Positions 1 through 25,107 of a stretch of 64,000 nucleotides of DNA are shown here, one piece after another. Position 1 is the first letter of the stretch. Every line of letters begins with the position of its first letter. The DNA comes from Phaeosaccion multiseriatum (Eukaryota; Protista; Ochrophyta, other classes), in contig OZ218957.1 in assembly GCA_965112735.1 (NCBI GenBank), forward strand, positions 558,001-622,000. The letters run 5' to 3'. A model generated the notes under the pieces. It did no database searches. It was given only the letters and a program-made list of their open reading frames with translations, and was not told the origin of the DNA. Both the position numbers and the translations under genes were made by a program.

Positions 1-13448
<13,448 letters not shown>

Positions 13449-13480
13449 TGGTAAAGCCAAGGATTACATAAGTTTGTGAG

Positions 13481-13625
13481 TTGGTTGGTTGGTTGGTTGG
13501 TGGGTTGGTGGGTTGGTTGGTTGGTTGGTTGGTGGGTTGGTTGGTTGGTTGGTTGGTTGGTGGGTTGGTTGGTTGGTGGGTTGGTTGGTTGGTTGGGTGG
13601 TGGGTTGGTTGGTTGGTTGGTCGGT
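13481..13625. repeat. (GGTT)n microsatellite downstream of TOR stop
   Basis: Direct tandem repeats. Confidence 0.95.
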
Positions 13626-15003
13626 TGGGGTGCGTCCGTTTTGGTACCATGGGGCAATAGCTGCTGATAGCTGGCTCTCTCTGCTGGGGTGCGTCCGTTT
13701 TGGTATGGGCAAAGGCTTCATCCTGGCGGTGGTTTCCGTTGTGATCGGGGCAGGGCCTTTGTCTTATGGCCTTTGCTTCTAATTCTTATTCTTATTTCTG
13801 GGGCCTTCCTTCTCCTCAGCGGTATGGCCGTTGGTTCCCTGGGCCTTGTGCGGCAGGAGGCCTTTGGGAGGCCTTTGGGAGGCCTTGGAGGGCCTGGGAG
13901 GCGGGGGGGGGGGAGGGTGCTGGCTCGCAATGGACCCACCCTCTGTCTCTCTCTGTGTGCGGCGGTGAACAAGAGGGGGGGGGAGTATCTGTACATAGAC
14001 AATTTTACTCAATCGTTTCTACTTCTACTGCTACTTATTATCGAGCTTATACAGTTATAAATGCATGAATACAAAGAAAAACACACCGCTTAGGTATATC
14101 ATGGTACACAAAACTTGTCGTACTCGAGTATGATTGCCTCAAGCGTTTCCGCCGTCTGAACCTATCTACCTGCCTGCCTACCTACCTACCTACCTACCTA
14201 CCTCCCTGCCTACGTACCTACCTACGTACCTACCTCCCTTCTTCCTACCTACCTACCTACCTACATGCCTACGTACCTCCCTACCTACGTATCTACCTAC
14301 GCACCTACGCACCTACGTCGCTACGGCGCAATGCAGTAAGCGCCACACCACAGCCACAAGGTACCTAAAGTAAGTGTACCCTCGGTAAGCGGTAAGCTTT
14401 CAATGCGGTGCTGTGCGGTGCGAGCCCCCCCTCAACGAAAGAGACAAAAAAAGAAAAAGAGACGTCTTTGAATGGACGATAAATTATATTTTCTTACGCA
14501 CAACCCAAGTGCCAAGCCCAAGTGCCAAGCCCAAGTGCCAAGCCGGGTGGCCGATATGAAGGTATTTGCCTCACACACGCGTCGCCACTCCCCTGCCCCG
14601 GCAACTAAATCATACCCGACCCGACCGACTGACCAGCAGACACGCCTCGCTATCATCCTGCTGTCACCCCGCCGTCAGCCTCGCGGACCACATGGAGCCT
14701 GTCTCTGTTCCCGTCCAGCGTTCCGTTCTCAACAAAGGGAAGCTTGACCCGTTGTGGCGTTAACTTTTAGGTTAAACCAACAAGGCCCTCACATCTCGCC
14801 CATTTCTTTCCTGGGCTCCTTCCTCAGCGGCTCTCTAAAAAAGCAAAAGCTTCAAAGCTTCCCTTCCCATTCCTTCCCTGCCTACCTCTCTAAAAAAGTA
14901 AAAGCAAGCGTGAAAGCTTCCCTTCCCATTCCTTCCCTGCCTACCTCTCTCCGCGCTACCCACACAGGAAGACGACGACGAACAACACGGACTGTGGCTT
15001 CGC

Positions 15004-15879
15004 TTACAACAGACGACTCACGACGGTGTTACCGAGGGTAGGGCGGGGAGGAGGGGCGCCGACGGGGGGGGGCTTATCCAAGAAGAAGGGCTCGACGCAC
15101 ATGGTGAGGGGGTACGAGGTGGGCGCCTTGTTGACGATTCGCACGGTGTTGGCGCCTCCGGGAGTCTCGATCATAGCACAGAAAGGCCGGGTGGTGCCGT
15201 CCTCCGAGTATATGTCGATGGTGTGCTTGAGGGAGTTGGGGCCCTGCACCAGCTCAACGAGGGCCTCCACGGGACGGCCTTCTGTCTGGACAGTGACCTT
15301 GACGCAAGAGACCTCGGGGCCGATGGGGTAGGTGAAGACCGAGCCGCCGCCCTGCAGGGTCTTGGGGGCACTCATGTCGAAAACGCTCTCGCTCAATTCG
15401 ACCAGGCCGGGCACTCCGCCGGGGGGGAGCATCTCCTTGGCGGGCAGCACTGACGCAATGATGGGGAACTCGATGCTGGCAATGTTGCGCACAAACAGGG
15501 ATCCGTATCCCGTGGGCGTCTCAATGGCACACCGGAAAGGGCGGTACTTGCCCTTGCCTGAGGTGATGACCATTGTCTGCTTGATGTTGTCGGGTCCTTC
15601 GCACCACTCCACGCGGGCGTTCAGCAAGCGGCCCTCAATCGTGTCCGGATCGTCCGCGGCGAGGCACACCATGAGCCTGTCGGGAGCCTCCTGGAACGAG
15701 AAGGTTTGCAGCTTGCCGCCCTGGATTCGCACCTGGCTTGGCGGTGGAGAGCTCACCTTGGAGAACTGGATGTCGCCATCAGTCTGATACAAGGCCCCAA
15801 CTCTCCTGCCGAGCGGCTGGGTAATAAATGCAGTGGTCTGGGCGACGCAGAGCGCCAGGACAGAGAGCTTCACCATCAT
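15004..15879 (-). CDS. Intronless, probably plastid-targeted 291-aa protein with two tandem homologous domains (uncharacterised algal family with QGG...EGR...GP.N...RPF...IETP motifs)
   Basis: Clean ORF with GC-rich third positions; N-terminus MMVKLSVLALCVAQTTA|FITQ resembles signal peptide plus Phe-initiated transit peptide; internal duplication IQGG..EGRLLNARVEWCEGPDN..RPFRCAIETP..VRN vs LQGG..TEGRPVEALVELVQGPNS..RPFCAMIETP..IVN. Confidence 0.85.
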   Translation of the reverse strand: MMVKLSVLALCVAQTTAFITQPLGRRVGALYQTDGDIQFSKVSSPPPSQVRIQGGKLQTFSFQEAPDRLMVCLAADDPDTIEGRLLNARVEWCEGPDNIKQTMVITSGKGKYRPFRCAIETPTGYGSLFVRNIASIEFPIIASVLPAKEMLPPGGVPGLVELSESVFDMSAPKTLQGGGSVFTYPIGPEVSCVKVTVQTEGRPVEALVELVQGPNSLKHTIDIYSEDGTTRPFCAMIETPGGANTVRIVNKAPTSYPLTMCVEPFFLDKPPPVGAPPPRPTLGNTVVSRLL

Positions 15880-18414
15880 TTTCTACTGTATGAGCTGATT
15901 TGAAAAAAATGCCGTTCTCCGCTCTCTACTTAGCGCTGCTGATGCGCCGTTCTCCAGTGAAACAGTAGAGTCTCGTCAGCACGACTACTGCTTCTAATGC
16001 GGCTGCTGCTTGTTGCTGTTGCTGTTGCTTTTTCTTTTGCTGCTGCTCAAAAAGCTCAGCTTGCCGTTTGTAAGGCCAGGGGCTGGGCATCACAGAGAGC
16101 GACGCTTATCGCACCAACACCCAAGCTTGTGGCGCGGGAGAAAAGCACAGAGAGGGGGGCAACACAAGCTTGTGCCCATGCCGTCACAGCCTCCATGGCT
16201 TGTGAGAAGGCATTGGCGCGGGCGAATGTCTTCAGCAGAGTCAGCTGTGTTGAAGAAGGTCGAGATGCCTTCACAGGGCCGTGGGAAGGAGCGTGTGGAC
16301 GAGGACAGCTCATGAAGAGAATGTTTATGTTTGAAATTCTCCCGCTGTGATCTTCACATCTTCTTGGAAAGGAGAGGCGTCCGTGAAGAGTACACTCCGA
16401 GGTTGGGGATGTTGCGTTGCAGCAGCGAGAGCAAATTCATGCGCTAGACGAAAACTAGGTAAGAGAGAGGGCGCTTTTTTTAGATTCTCCCCCCCCCCCC
16501 CCCCCTGTAACTCTCTACTCTCCTTCTTCGCCCCCCGTCTCATGTGCTTACCTGCTCCGTCCCTTGCCCCTATTTTCCTTTCCTCCCTCCCGTTCTTCAC
16601 CCATACAGGTGAAGAATATTGGGACTCAATGAGAGCGAACGGACGGAATCTGGACTCATCCTCGCCAGGGGAGACGAGTGGAGCATCTACAGGGAGGAGG
16701 AGTACAAGTAAGAGCAGGAGAATGTGCGGCCCATCCTGAGAGATGGGAATCCGCTGCCTACCTGCCTACCCGGAATCGGCAAGGGGGGGGGGGGGGCAAC
16801 TCAGCCAGTGAGGTGGCGGCCCTTTTCTTCTTTCACCTCGGGCGCCCCGTCTCCGCTTGTGCCGTTCTAGTGTGCCTCAGCCGTGCATAATGAAGAGCCG
16901 TCGCTCACTTTCACTGCTCGTGTCCGCGCCAGCCGGAGCACTCCTGCCACAGCGCCACTGCTCTACACAGCGCTCGGTGGGTACGGCGTCATGCTGGGCG
17001 GGTCGCCCTCGGAGGATCGAAGCGGTTGTCAATGGAGCGCCTTTTTGTTGCGAAGGAGACAAGGACGTCGAGAGAGGGCGGTGCGCGCTACACTGATGAG
17101 GAGGTCACTCGCTACTGCACACGTGACCCGTTCATCAACCGCAGCAGTTGGTGGTACATGAGGAGGAGGGGAAGCAAAGACGCTTCCCCACTTCGAATGG
17201 CACGGATCTGATGCCCAACGAAGAGCCAAGCTCCTCGCGGAGGTGTGCGCTGGAGGACTGACAGACCCTTCCCTGAGAGACCCTTCCCTGAGAGGCCCTT
17301 TCTCAGCTCCCAGCCACAGCCAAGCTCGCGCCGGGCCCCGCGGACGTGTGCAGAAACCCATCAGTCAGCAGGTGCCGCGTGAGCGGGGCGAAGACGCGCA
17401 CTTCGCTCCGATTGTGCAGCTTGGGAGGCGGCTCTATTTCCAAAGCGCAAGCAAGTAGGCGGGTACTTCAACATCGCTTCCCCATCGCCACCCCCGCAAC
17501 TATCACCCCTTCCTCCCCAACCATCACCAGTACCATCATCATCGTCTTGTTCGTGTACAAGCCAGAGCACCACATGGCCTGCCTGCCCACCCCACCGTGA
17601 AGCGTGAAGGGGCCGTGGGGGCGGCCGGGAACAGCTCGAGGCGTGTCAACTCAGGGCCAGTCGAGCTGAACTGTAGTACGGGGAGGAGGGGAGAAGTGGT
17701 AGTGGATGGGGAGCAGAGGGGAGAGGAGAAGCGAAGGCATCCAGATTCAGCCCAGCGAACAAGGAGGAGAAGGGAGCGAGAACAACAACTACTCGGGGAG
17801 AAAGGCGACGCGGATGATTGTGGACAATCATGATGACGGAATCGAGGCAAGGGCAAAGCTGTTACTTACTAGAAGTAAGAAAATTGAAATCACCAAGATC
17901 GTCTTGGACTTGCCTGTCGTACGACATTGTGCATGGGGGTCATTCATCAAAATGGACCAGTCGTCGGACCCCTCCTTTGAAACGTTTCAAAATGTCCCTC
18001 CACGAGCCTCCGATCTCAGCCTCCTCCTCTTTTTTTTCTTCCCGAACAAGCGTTCAGAGGATGCTCAATGCCTGCCCCCTAGGGTTGCCAATAAAAGGAT
18101 CGTCTTTCCAGCAAGCAACAAGGCCAATTGTGCGGCACGCACTGCGGCACTGGCTCGACCAGCAGCACAGGCAGCCCACCAGCTCCGTCAGGGCAGCCAC
18201 AGCCATCCAAGCGTGATAATCAGAGAGGAGAGCAGCCAGCGGAGTAGCACCACAGGAGAGGGGGCAAAAAAAATGAAAGCTAGCAACAAAGAGAACGCCC
18301 TGCAGCAGGATCCCAACGAAACAAAGTGTGAGAGCACTGCCTGCTGCCTGCCGAGAGAGTCTGCTACTGCTCACGTTGACTCACAGGAGAAAGGAAATGT
18401 CGGGCGTGCGGAAG

Positions 18415-18590
18415 GGCGAGCGGGAAGCCCTCGACTCGTGGCCTTCTTTCTCGCCACAAAACGGCGCCATATTTTCTTCAGTAAAAGCTGGCATAGGGAA
18501 AGATGGAATAGCGCCACCACACCCGTGAGCGACTGGCACGGTGTGACTGTGGAGAGCGAGACCATTACTACCAGACTCGAGCTGAAATAT
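18415..18590 (+). pseudogene. Frameshifted relic of an LRR-protein N-terminal cap
   Basis: Correcting two small indels gives EREAL/VAFFLAT/NGA...W...W.S..TPVSDWHGVTVE...ITTRLEL, matching the stramenopile LRR N-cap pattern (ALVALF.ATNG..W....W.T..PLSEWHGVTV...V..L.L); no LRR repeats follow. Confidence 0.55.
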
Positions 18591-18596
18591 TCTGTA

Positions 18597-20517
18597 TTAC
18601 GGGTATTTGATGGAGCCGTCGACGCAGTTGTACCAATACTCTCCGCCCGTCTGATCGTCGAGGTAACATACCCAATCTGCAGGGTTCTCGAACTCTGGAA
18701 CAGGGGCTCCGTCCCCCGCACCGGGCAGTAGAGCTGCGGGCTTCTCCCACACGCACTCCTGCGTAATGGCGTTGTACCAGTACGGGTGACCAGAGCTCTC
18801 GTCAAAGCACTCCGTCCACTGCGAGGCTTCGTCCTTTTTGGAAAGAGTCTCCCCAACCCCGCCCGCCGTTCCTCCTTCTCCTCCTGCTCCTGCTCCTCCT
18901 CCTGCCGCCGGTGTTAGTTGCTTCCCCTCCATACCCGGCGGCGGCACCCAGCTTGCCTCTGCCCGAGAGAAAGCAGAAGGAGGATGGGGAGGACACGGAG
19001 GAGGAGAACGGAGTGAGAAGAAGAAGGGGCGGAGGGAGGAGTGAACAGGTGGGGGGGCTGGGGTGTCAGAGAGGGTGAGAGGGTGATACCAAGCTCGGCA
19101 AACGAAGCGCTTCGAACTGTCTGAAAGCGATTGCCACTATCCCATCCCCTCTCTCCCTCTCTCTTTCGCTCACCTCCTGTCAGCTGATTGAAGTAGTAGG
19201 ACGCCCCTGCGTTTTCGTCAAAGTACTCCACCCAGTCGTCGGTGTTGGTCGTGGTCACAGCACTGGCACTCACACTTGCACTCGCCGCTGCGGCATCGCT
19301 CCCCTCCACCCCTCCTGCGTCTCCCTGTTGTGGCGTTGTCCAACACAAAGGACACAAAGAAATGTGCACGTGGAGGGTGGGGGGGAGGGTGGACAACAAA
19401 AACGTGAGAAATAAGAGCACGGGCAGAGCGAATCGGCAAGTTCCGCCGCGATGTGACGTGTGTGAGTTGCGGTAAAGACACTTTCCCGAACGATGGCGAA
19501 ACTAACGAGAGATGCGAGATAGCGCAGAGCGGCCGTGAAGGACAGCAGGCGCAGCTCGCTCAGGCTGGCTCCAGTTTCAGTTCCACGTGGCGCCCAAGCC
19601 TGCTCTCCTCTCCTCTCCCTTCTTCGCCTCCCCTCCCCTTCCCTCCCCTCCCCTCCCCTCCCCTCCCCTCCCCTCCCCTCCCCTCCCCCTTGACGCACCG
19701 ACTGCGCAACTAAGGTAGACGCTTTGGCAGCGAGTGTGCTGTTCAAAGCTTGTGTTTCCGAGAGCTCCTTCTCCAATGCCTGTTGCCTGGCCTGCTGCTG
19801 TTCTTGTTGACTTAGCATAAGCCGCATTGACGCCTCGAGCTCGTTGAGCTTGGACTTGACACGCTCCTCCACGGCAGCCTGGGCGTAGAGGTAGAGGGAA
19901 GGGAGCGCCGAAGGGAGGGAGGGAGGGAGGGAGGGAGGGAAGGGAGGGAGGGAGGGAGGGAAGGAAGGGGGGAGGGAGGGAGGGAGGCGAGTGAGTGAGT
20001 GGACGAGTGGATGAGCGAATGAGTGAGTGAGTGGGTGAGTGAGTGAGTGAGTGAGTGAGTGTAGAGACAAAGCAGAGGGAGGGGAGAACGACAAAAAAAG
20101 CTCTCTACTGTGTCTCTGAGTGTCTCTCCCGAGTACCACGGCACGAGAGTGCACACATAATAGACTTCACGTACATTAAACGGGCACATATCTATCACAT
20201 CCACTACCATCCATCCATCCATCCACTGCCATCCATCCATCCACCTCTCCTCTGCTCAGGCACCCACCTCGAGAGCAGTTCCTCCTCCCTTTTTATCCTC
20301 TCCCCGATCCGAGGCTGAGGAGCTTGTATCTGTAGCCGTGGCGGTAGCAGTGGTGGTGCCTTTGGCTGCCATCTGCAGGGTGCGAGCCATCTCCTCTTCA
20401 TCGTCGCTGTCGTGCTCCAACGCTGCTGCCCCTTCTGCTAGGAGACGATCCTCCTCCTCCTTGGCCACTCGAGCCTCCTCCTCTGTGGTGATATATATAT
20501 ATATATGTGTGTGTGTA

Positions 20518-20553
<36 letters not shown>

Positions 20554-21642
20554 CGTGTATGTGTGGGTGCGGGTGGTTGTGTGTGTGTGGGTGTGTGGGT
20601 GCGTGTGTGAGAGTGTTCGAGTGTTTAGCGGAGAGGGGATGGGAATGGCCAGGGATGGTGGCATCAGGAGCCGAGGAAGGAAGGAAGGAAGGAAGGAACC
20701 CTTTGCTGACACCAATCCCGAGGGGTGGGGGGCGGCAAGAAGAGAGTTGAGGCCCAGCGAAGCAAGCGAGCTTGCACAGCGTCTTCAGCCTCAGGCACTC
20801 CCTGACCAACCAACCAACCAACCAACCAACCAACCCACCCATCCACCGACCAACAAGCCTAATGTGCCCTCCTCACCCCCTCCTCTTCCCTCACCCACCT
20901 TTCCTCCTCTTCTCCGCAAGAGCATTCTCTTCTCTAATGCGTTCCAACACCTCTTGCTGCTTCTCCATATGCCTCTGCATGGCCTCCTTCTGCTCCGCCA
21001 ATCCCCTCAACGCCTCCTCCTGCACGAGTTGCGCCTCCGCCTTCTCCCTCGCCATTTCCGCCTTCATCTCCTCCACCGCCTTCATCTCCTCCGCCTGCTG
21101 TATCACCAACCGCTCCTGATCTGCCTCCACCTTGGCCTGAAGCGTCGTCAACTCGGCCTGATGCTGGCGTCGAAGCTCCTCCATCTGGCGCCTCTCCTCT
21201 GCCTCCGCCTCCTCCGCCTCTCTCTTGGCCTTCTCCGCCCTCTCTGCCTCGAGCTTTGCCGCAGCGAGGAGCTCTTGTACTTTGCACGTCTCCTCCTCGC
21301 GCGCCTTCGCTGTCAGCTCCAGATTGGCTTGCATGGCAGAGGCAACCTGTGGTGGTGGTAGGTTGTAGGTTCAGTTGGTGGGTACAGAGTGTAATAATTG
21401 TAAGGGCAGGGGGAGATCATATGACTTTACCCCGTGTAGACACACAGCCACACATCGACCCCACCCGCCCCACCTCACCGTACTGCTGCTTCCCCTTCTT
21501 CTCTTTCCTCTTCTTCTCCTTCCCCCTCACTCATACACTCACACCCACACACATACACACACACACACACATACACACACACATACCCACTCACGCACAC
21601 ACACACACTCACACACACCGACACACACACACACACCCACCC

Positions 21643-21675
<33 letters not shown>

Positions 21676-22430
21676 TACACACACACACCCCTACCTCATC
21701 GTACTGCTGCTTCCTCTCCTTCTCTTCCTCCTCAAGGCGCTTGGCCATGCTCTCCTTCAACTCCTTGATGACTTGCTCCTCCGCCGCCACGCTCTCCTTC
21801 AGCGTCCGCAGCTCGTTCCTCTCCTCCTCCCGCATGGCCTCCGCACGAGCGGCCTCCGCAGCAAGCTCCTTCAAGTGAGCCTGTTTGGGTGGGTGAGTGG
21901 GTGGGTGAGTGGGTGAGTGGGTGAGTGGGATAGGGGGTCAGTCTGAGTTTGAGTTTTTGAGTTTTGAGTTTCGTGTGTTTGAGTTTCGAGTTTGTTTGTT
22001 TTTGGAGGGGGGAGCATCAGCATCCAACGGCAGGGCAGGGACGAGTCCTTAAGTCTATGAAATGTCCACCCTCCCACCCTCCCCGCTTACTTTCCCAACA
22101 CCCCCCCTCCGCTCCCTCCTCTCCTCTCCTCTCCTCTCCTCTCCTCTCAAGTCGCGCACCTCGTGTTCCACCTTCCTCGCTTCGTCCGCCTCCCTCCGCT
22201 TCTCCTCCTGCCGAGCCACCCTGTCTTGCATGGCCCGGAGCTCCATGCTCTCAAGCATTGTAGCATAGCTGCCTCCCCCCACACTTGCCTCCACCGACCC
22301 ACCCCCATCCAATTCTCCTCCTCCTCCTCCTCCTCCTCCTCCTCCTCCTCCTCCTCCTCCTCCTCCTCCTCCTCCTCCTCCTCCTCCTCCTCCTCCTCCT
22401 CCTCGAGAGCTCCCACCCCCTCTAGAGCTC

Positions 22431-22464
<34 letters not shown>

Positions 22465-25060
22465 CTCCTCCTCCTCCTCCTCCTCCTCCTCCTCCTCCTC
22501 CTCCCCCTCCTCCTCCTCCTCCTCCTCCTCCCACCCCCCTGCCCCCCCCCCCTGTCCCTGTCGACCCTCCTCCTCCCCTACTCAAGCCTTCTGATCCTTC
22601 TCTACTCTCCCCGCCCTCTCTCCTCCCACTCCCAGTGTGCGAGCCCCACTCTTCAACATCCTTCCTCCTCCTCTCTGCCTCGGCCTCCATAGCCAGCTCC
22701 ATCCGATTCCTTTCGTAACTGCGCATCTCTCTCCTCCGCATACTCTCCTTGCGAGCCTTACGACTGCGCGCCACACACTGAATCGTCACAGCCGCATCTC
22801 CCTTCCCTCTTCCTCTTCCTCCTCCTCCTCCTCCTCCACCTCCTCCTCCTCCTCCTCCTCCTGCAGATCGTAACCGTCCGTTAGCGTCGTACCCCTCCTC
22901 ATCATCATCGTCGTCGTCTAAGTCGTCTTCTCCTCCATCGTCGTTCATCGATGGGGAGTGAAGAAGGGGTCCTTCTCGCCCCTCTACCCCTGCCTCACGC
23001 CCGCCCGAAGAGGAGTCAGCGGCAGTACCTTGCCCTCTGCTGCGCTCGCGGCTGCCGTCTCGGCTCTTGGGCTTGCTCCCTCCTCCCCCTCCTCCCCCTC
23101 CTCCTCCTCCTCCTCCTCCTCCTCCTCCTCCTCCTCCTCCTCCTCCTCCTCCTCCTCCTGCTCCATCCTCCTCCCCAACCCCCCAGGTCCCTCGCCCATT
23201 GAGCCGTGCCTCCGCCGCCTCACTCTGCAGCCGTTTCAAAGTCTTAGCCCTGCCCCTAGCAATATGCCCCCTCTCCAACGCCTGTAACCGTCTAGCGGCG
23301 CTATCCCGCATGGCCGCTTCCTTCTGTTTTTGCTCCTCTTGCTGCCTAAGCCGCTCTTGCTGCTCTTGCTCCTGCTGCCTTCGCAGGCGAATTGCCTCCA
23401 CTTCTTGCTTGGCTTTGTGACTCCTCCAACCCGACTGTGTGGAAAGAATTACGTAATGATTACGTATCGACCATGCGTTATTACCCGTACGACAAAGAGC
23501 AAAGGGCAAAGCATCACAACGGGGTACGAAAGGGGGGTGGGGATGGCAGTGGAGGCGGGCATTAGGGCTTGTCCAAGCCACAAGTCCAAAGTCGTTACTG
23601 AAACCGCAAAGCCCTCCTAATTGAGCCAGAAGCCTTCCAAAGTCGTGAAACAAGCCACGATTATATCCTTCGTACCTGCAAAGCCGTCGCCCCTTGTGCT
23701 TGCTGCTGCTTCTTGCGCTGTCTCCTCGACTTCTCAAGTCTCGCTTCGTAACTACGTGTGATGCTCTGCAGCTTAACCGCCGCCTCTGTCTTCTTCACAT
23801 GCTCCTTCTTCGCCACCTGGGAGGGGAAAGGAGGGAGGGAGAGGGGGAGGGAGGGAGGGAGGGAGCAGTTGGAGGGAGGGAGAGGGGGAAGGAGGGAGGG
23901 AGGGAGGGAGGGAGGGAGGGAGGGAGGGAGGGAGGGAGGGAGGGAGGGAGGGAGGGAGCAATGGAGGCAACCCGACGTGATGAGACTGAGCGAGCGTGGT
24001 GTATGGAGGGGATGCATCGACCCGTTCGTGGCCTGCACAAAGCCCGCCAACCCCCCCCCCCCCCCCATCCACTGCCATCCCTTACCTTGAGCCCCTCCAC
24101 TTTGTGCCTTGCCTGCCTCGCTCTGCAAGCCTGCTCAATCTTGACTGCGGCAACACGCTGCTGCTTCTCCATCTGAGGGGGGAGAGGGGAGGGGGGAGGG
24201 GGGATGGCAGCGGATGGCAGCGGATGGCAGTGGATGGCAGTGGATGGCAGTGGATGGCAGTGGATGGATACCGAGGATAGGGAAGGAGCGGAAGAGAGAA
24301 ATAGAGGGAGCGACAGGGAGAGGAAGGAGGCGAGGAGAGGGGAGTAAGAATAGGAGTGGCAGCGGGAGACAGAGAGCGCACAAGGGTCAACCGCACGCAC
24401 GTACAACAGGAGAAGGCACCAGCCCCACCCTCACCGCAACCCACCCCACCCCACCCCACCCCCGCCGTACCTTCTTCTGCCCTGCCACGATCTTGGCATG
24501 CTGTCGTCTCTGCAGGGCTTGGAGCTTGGTGGCAGCCACAGCGCTCCTCTCCCTCTCCGCCTTGGCCCTAAGCAGCGCACTGCGATGGTGCTTGACGACA
24601 TGCCTGCCTCTGTGCCCTCGAAAGGCTGCCTGCAGCTTCACTGCCTCGGCCTCTTGAAGAATGCGATGGCGGGCCGCTCGGGCGATCTCCCGACCCATAT
24701 GCCCGCGCCATACGCGCTGGATCGTGCGCGCCGCTCTCTGTGAGTGTGGATGGATGGGTGGATGGGTGGATGGGTGGGTGGGTGGGTGGGTGGGTGGGTG
24801 GTTTGGGTGGTTAGTAGAGGGAACATGGGCATTAGCGAGGAGGTTAGGTTAAGGGGAGGGAGGGAGGGAGGGAGGGAGGGAGGAGAGGGAGGTTCAGTGG
24901 CGTGTAGGACTCTTATTGATCTGTACCTGCTCCTTCTTATACTGCAGAAGCTTCTTGGCGTTGACCCTGCGGGCCCTCTCGCGCACCTGCGAGGAGTGGT
25001 CATACAATCAAGTCGTCGTCAGTTGGGGGGGGGGGGCAATGTATTATGTCTTGGACAGAC

Positions 25061-25107
<47 letters not shown>

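Noticed and set aside
14831-14950. ~55-bp tandem duplication downstream of the plastid-protein gene
   Set aside because: Simple two-copy local duplication with no further structure
17706-18731. 341-aa plus-strand ORF as a functional gene
   Set aside because: No ATG start at the called position, no coherent domain, overlaps the IQ/WW last exon antisense; only a broken LRR cap is recognisable
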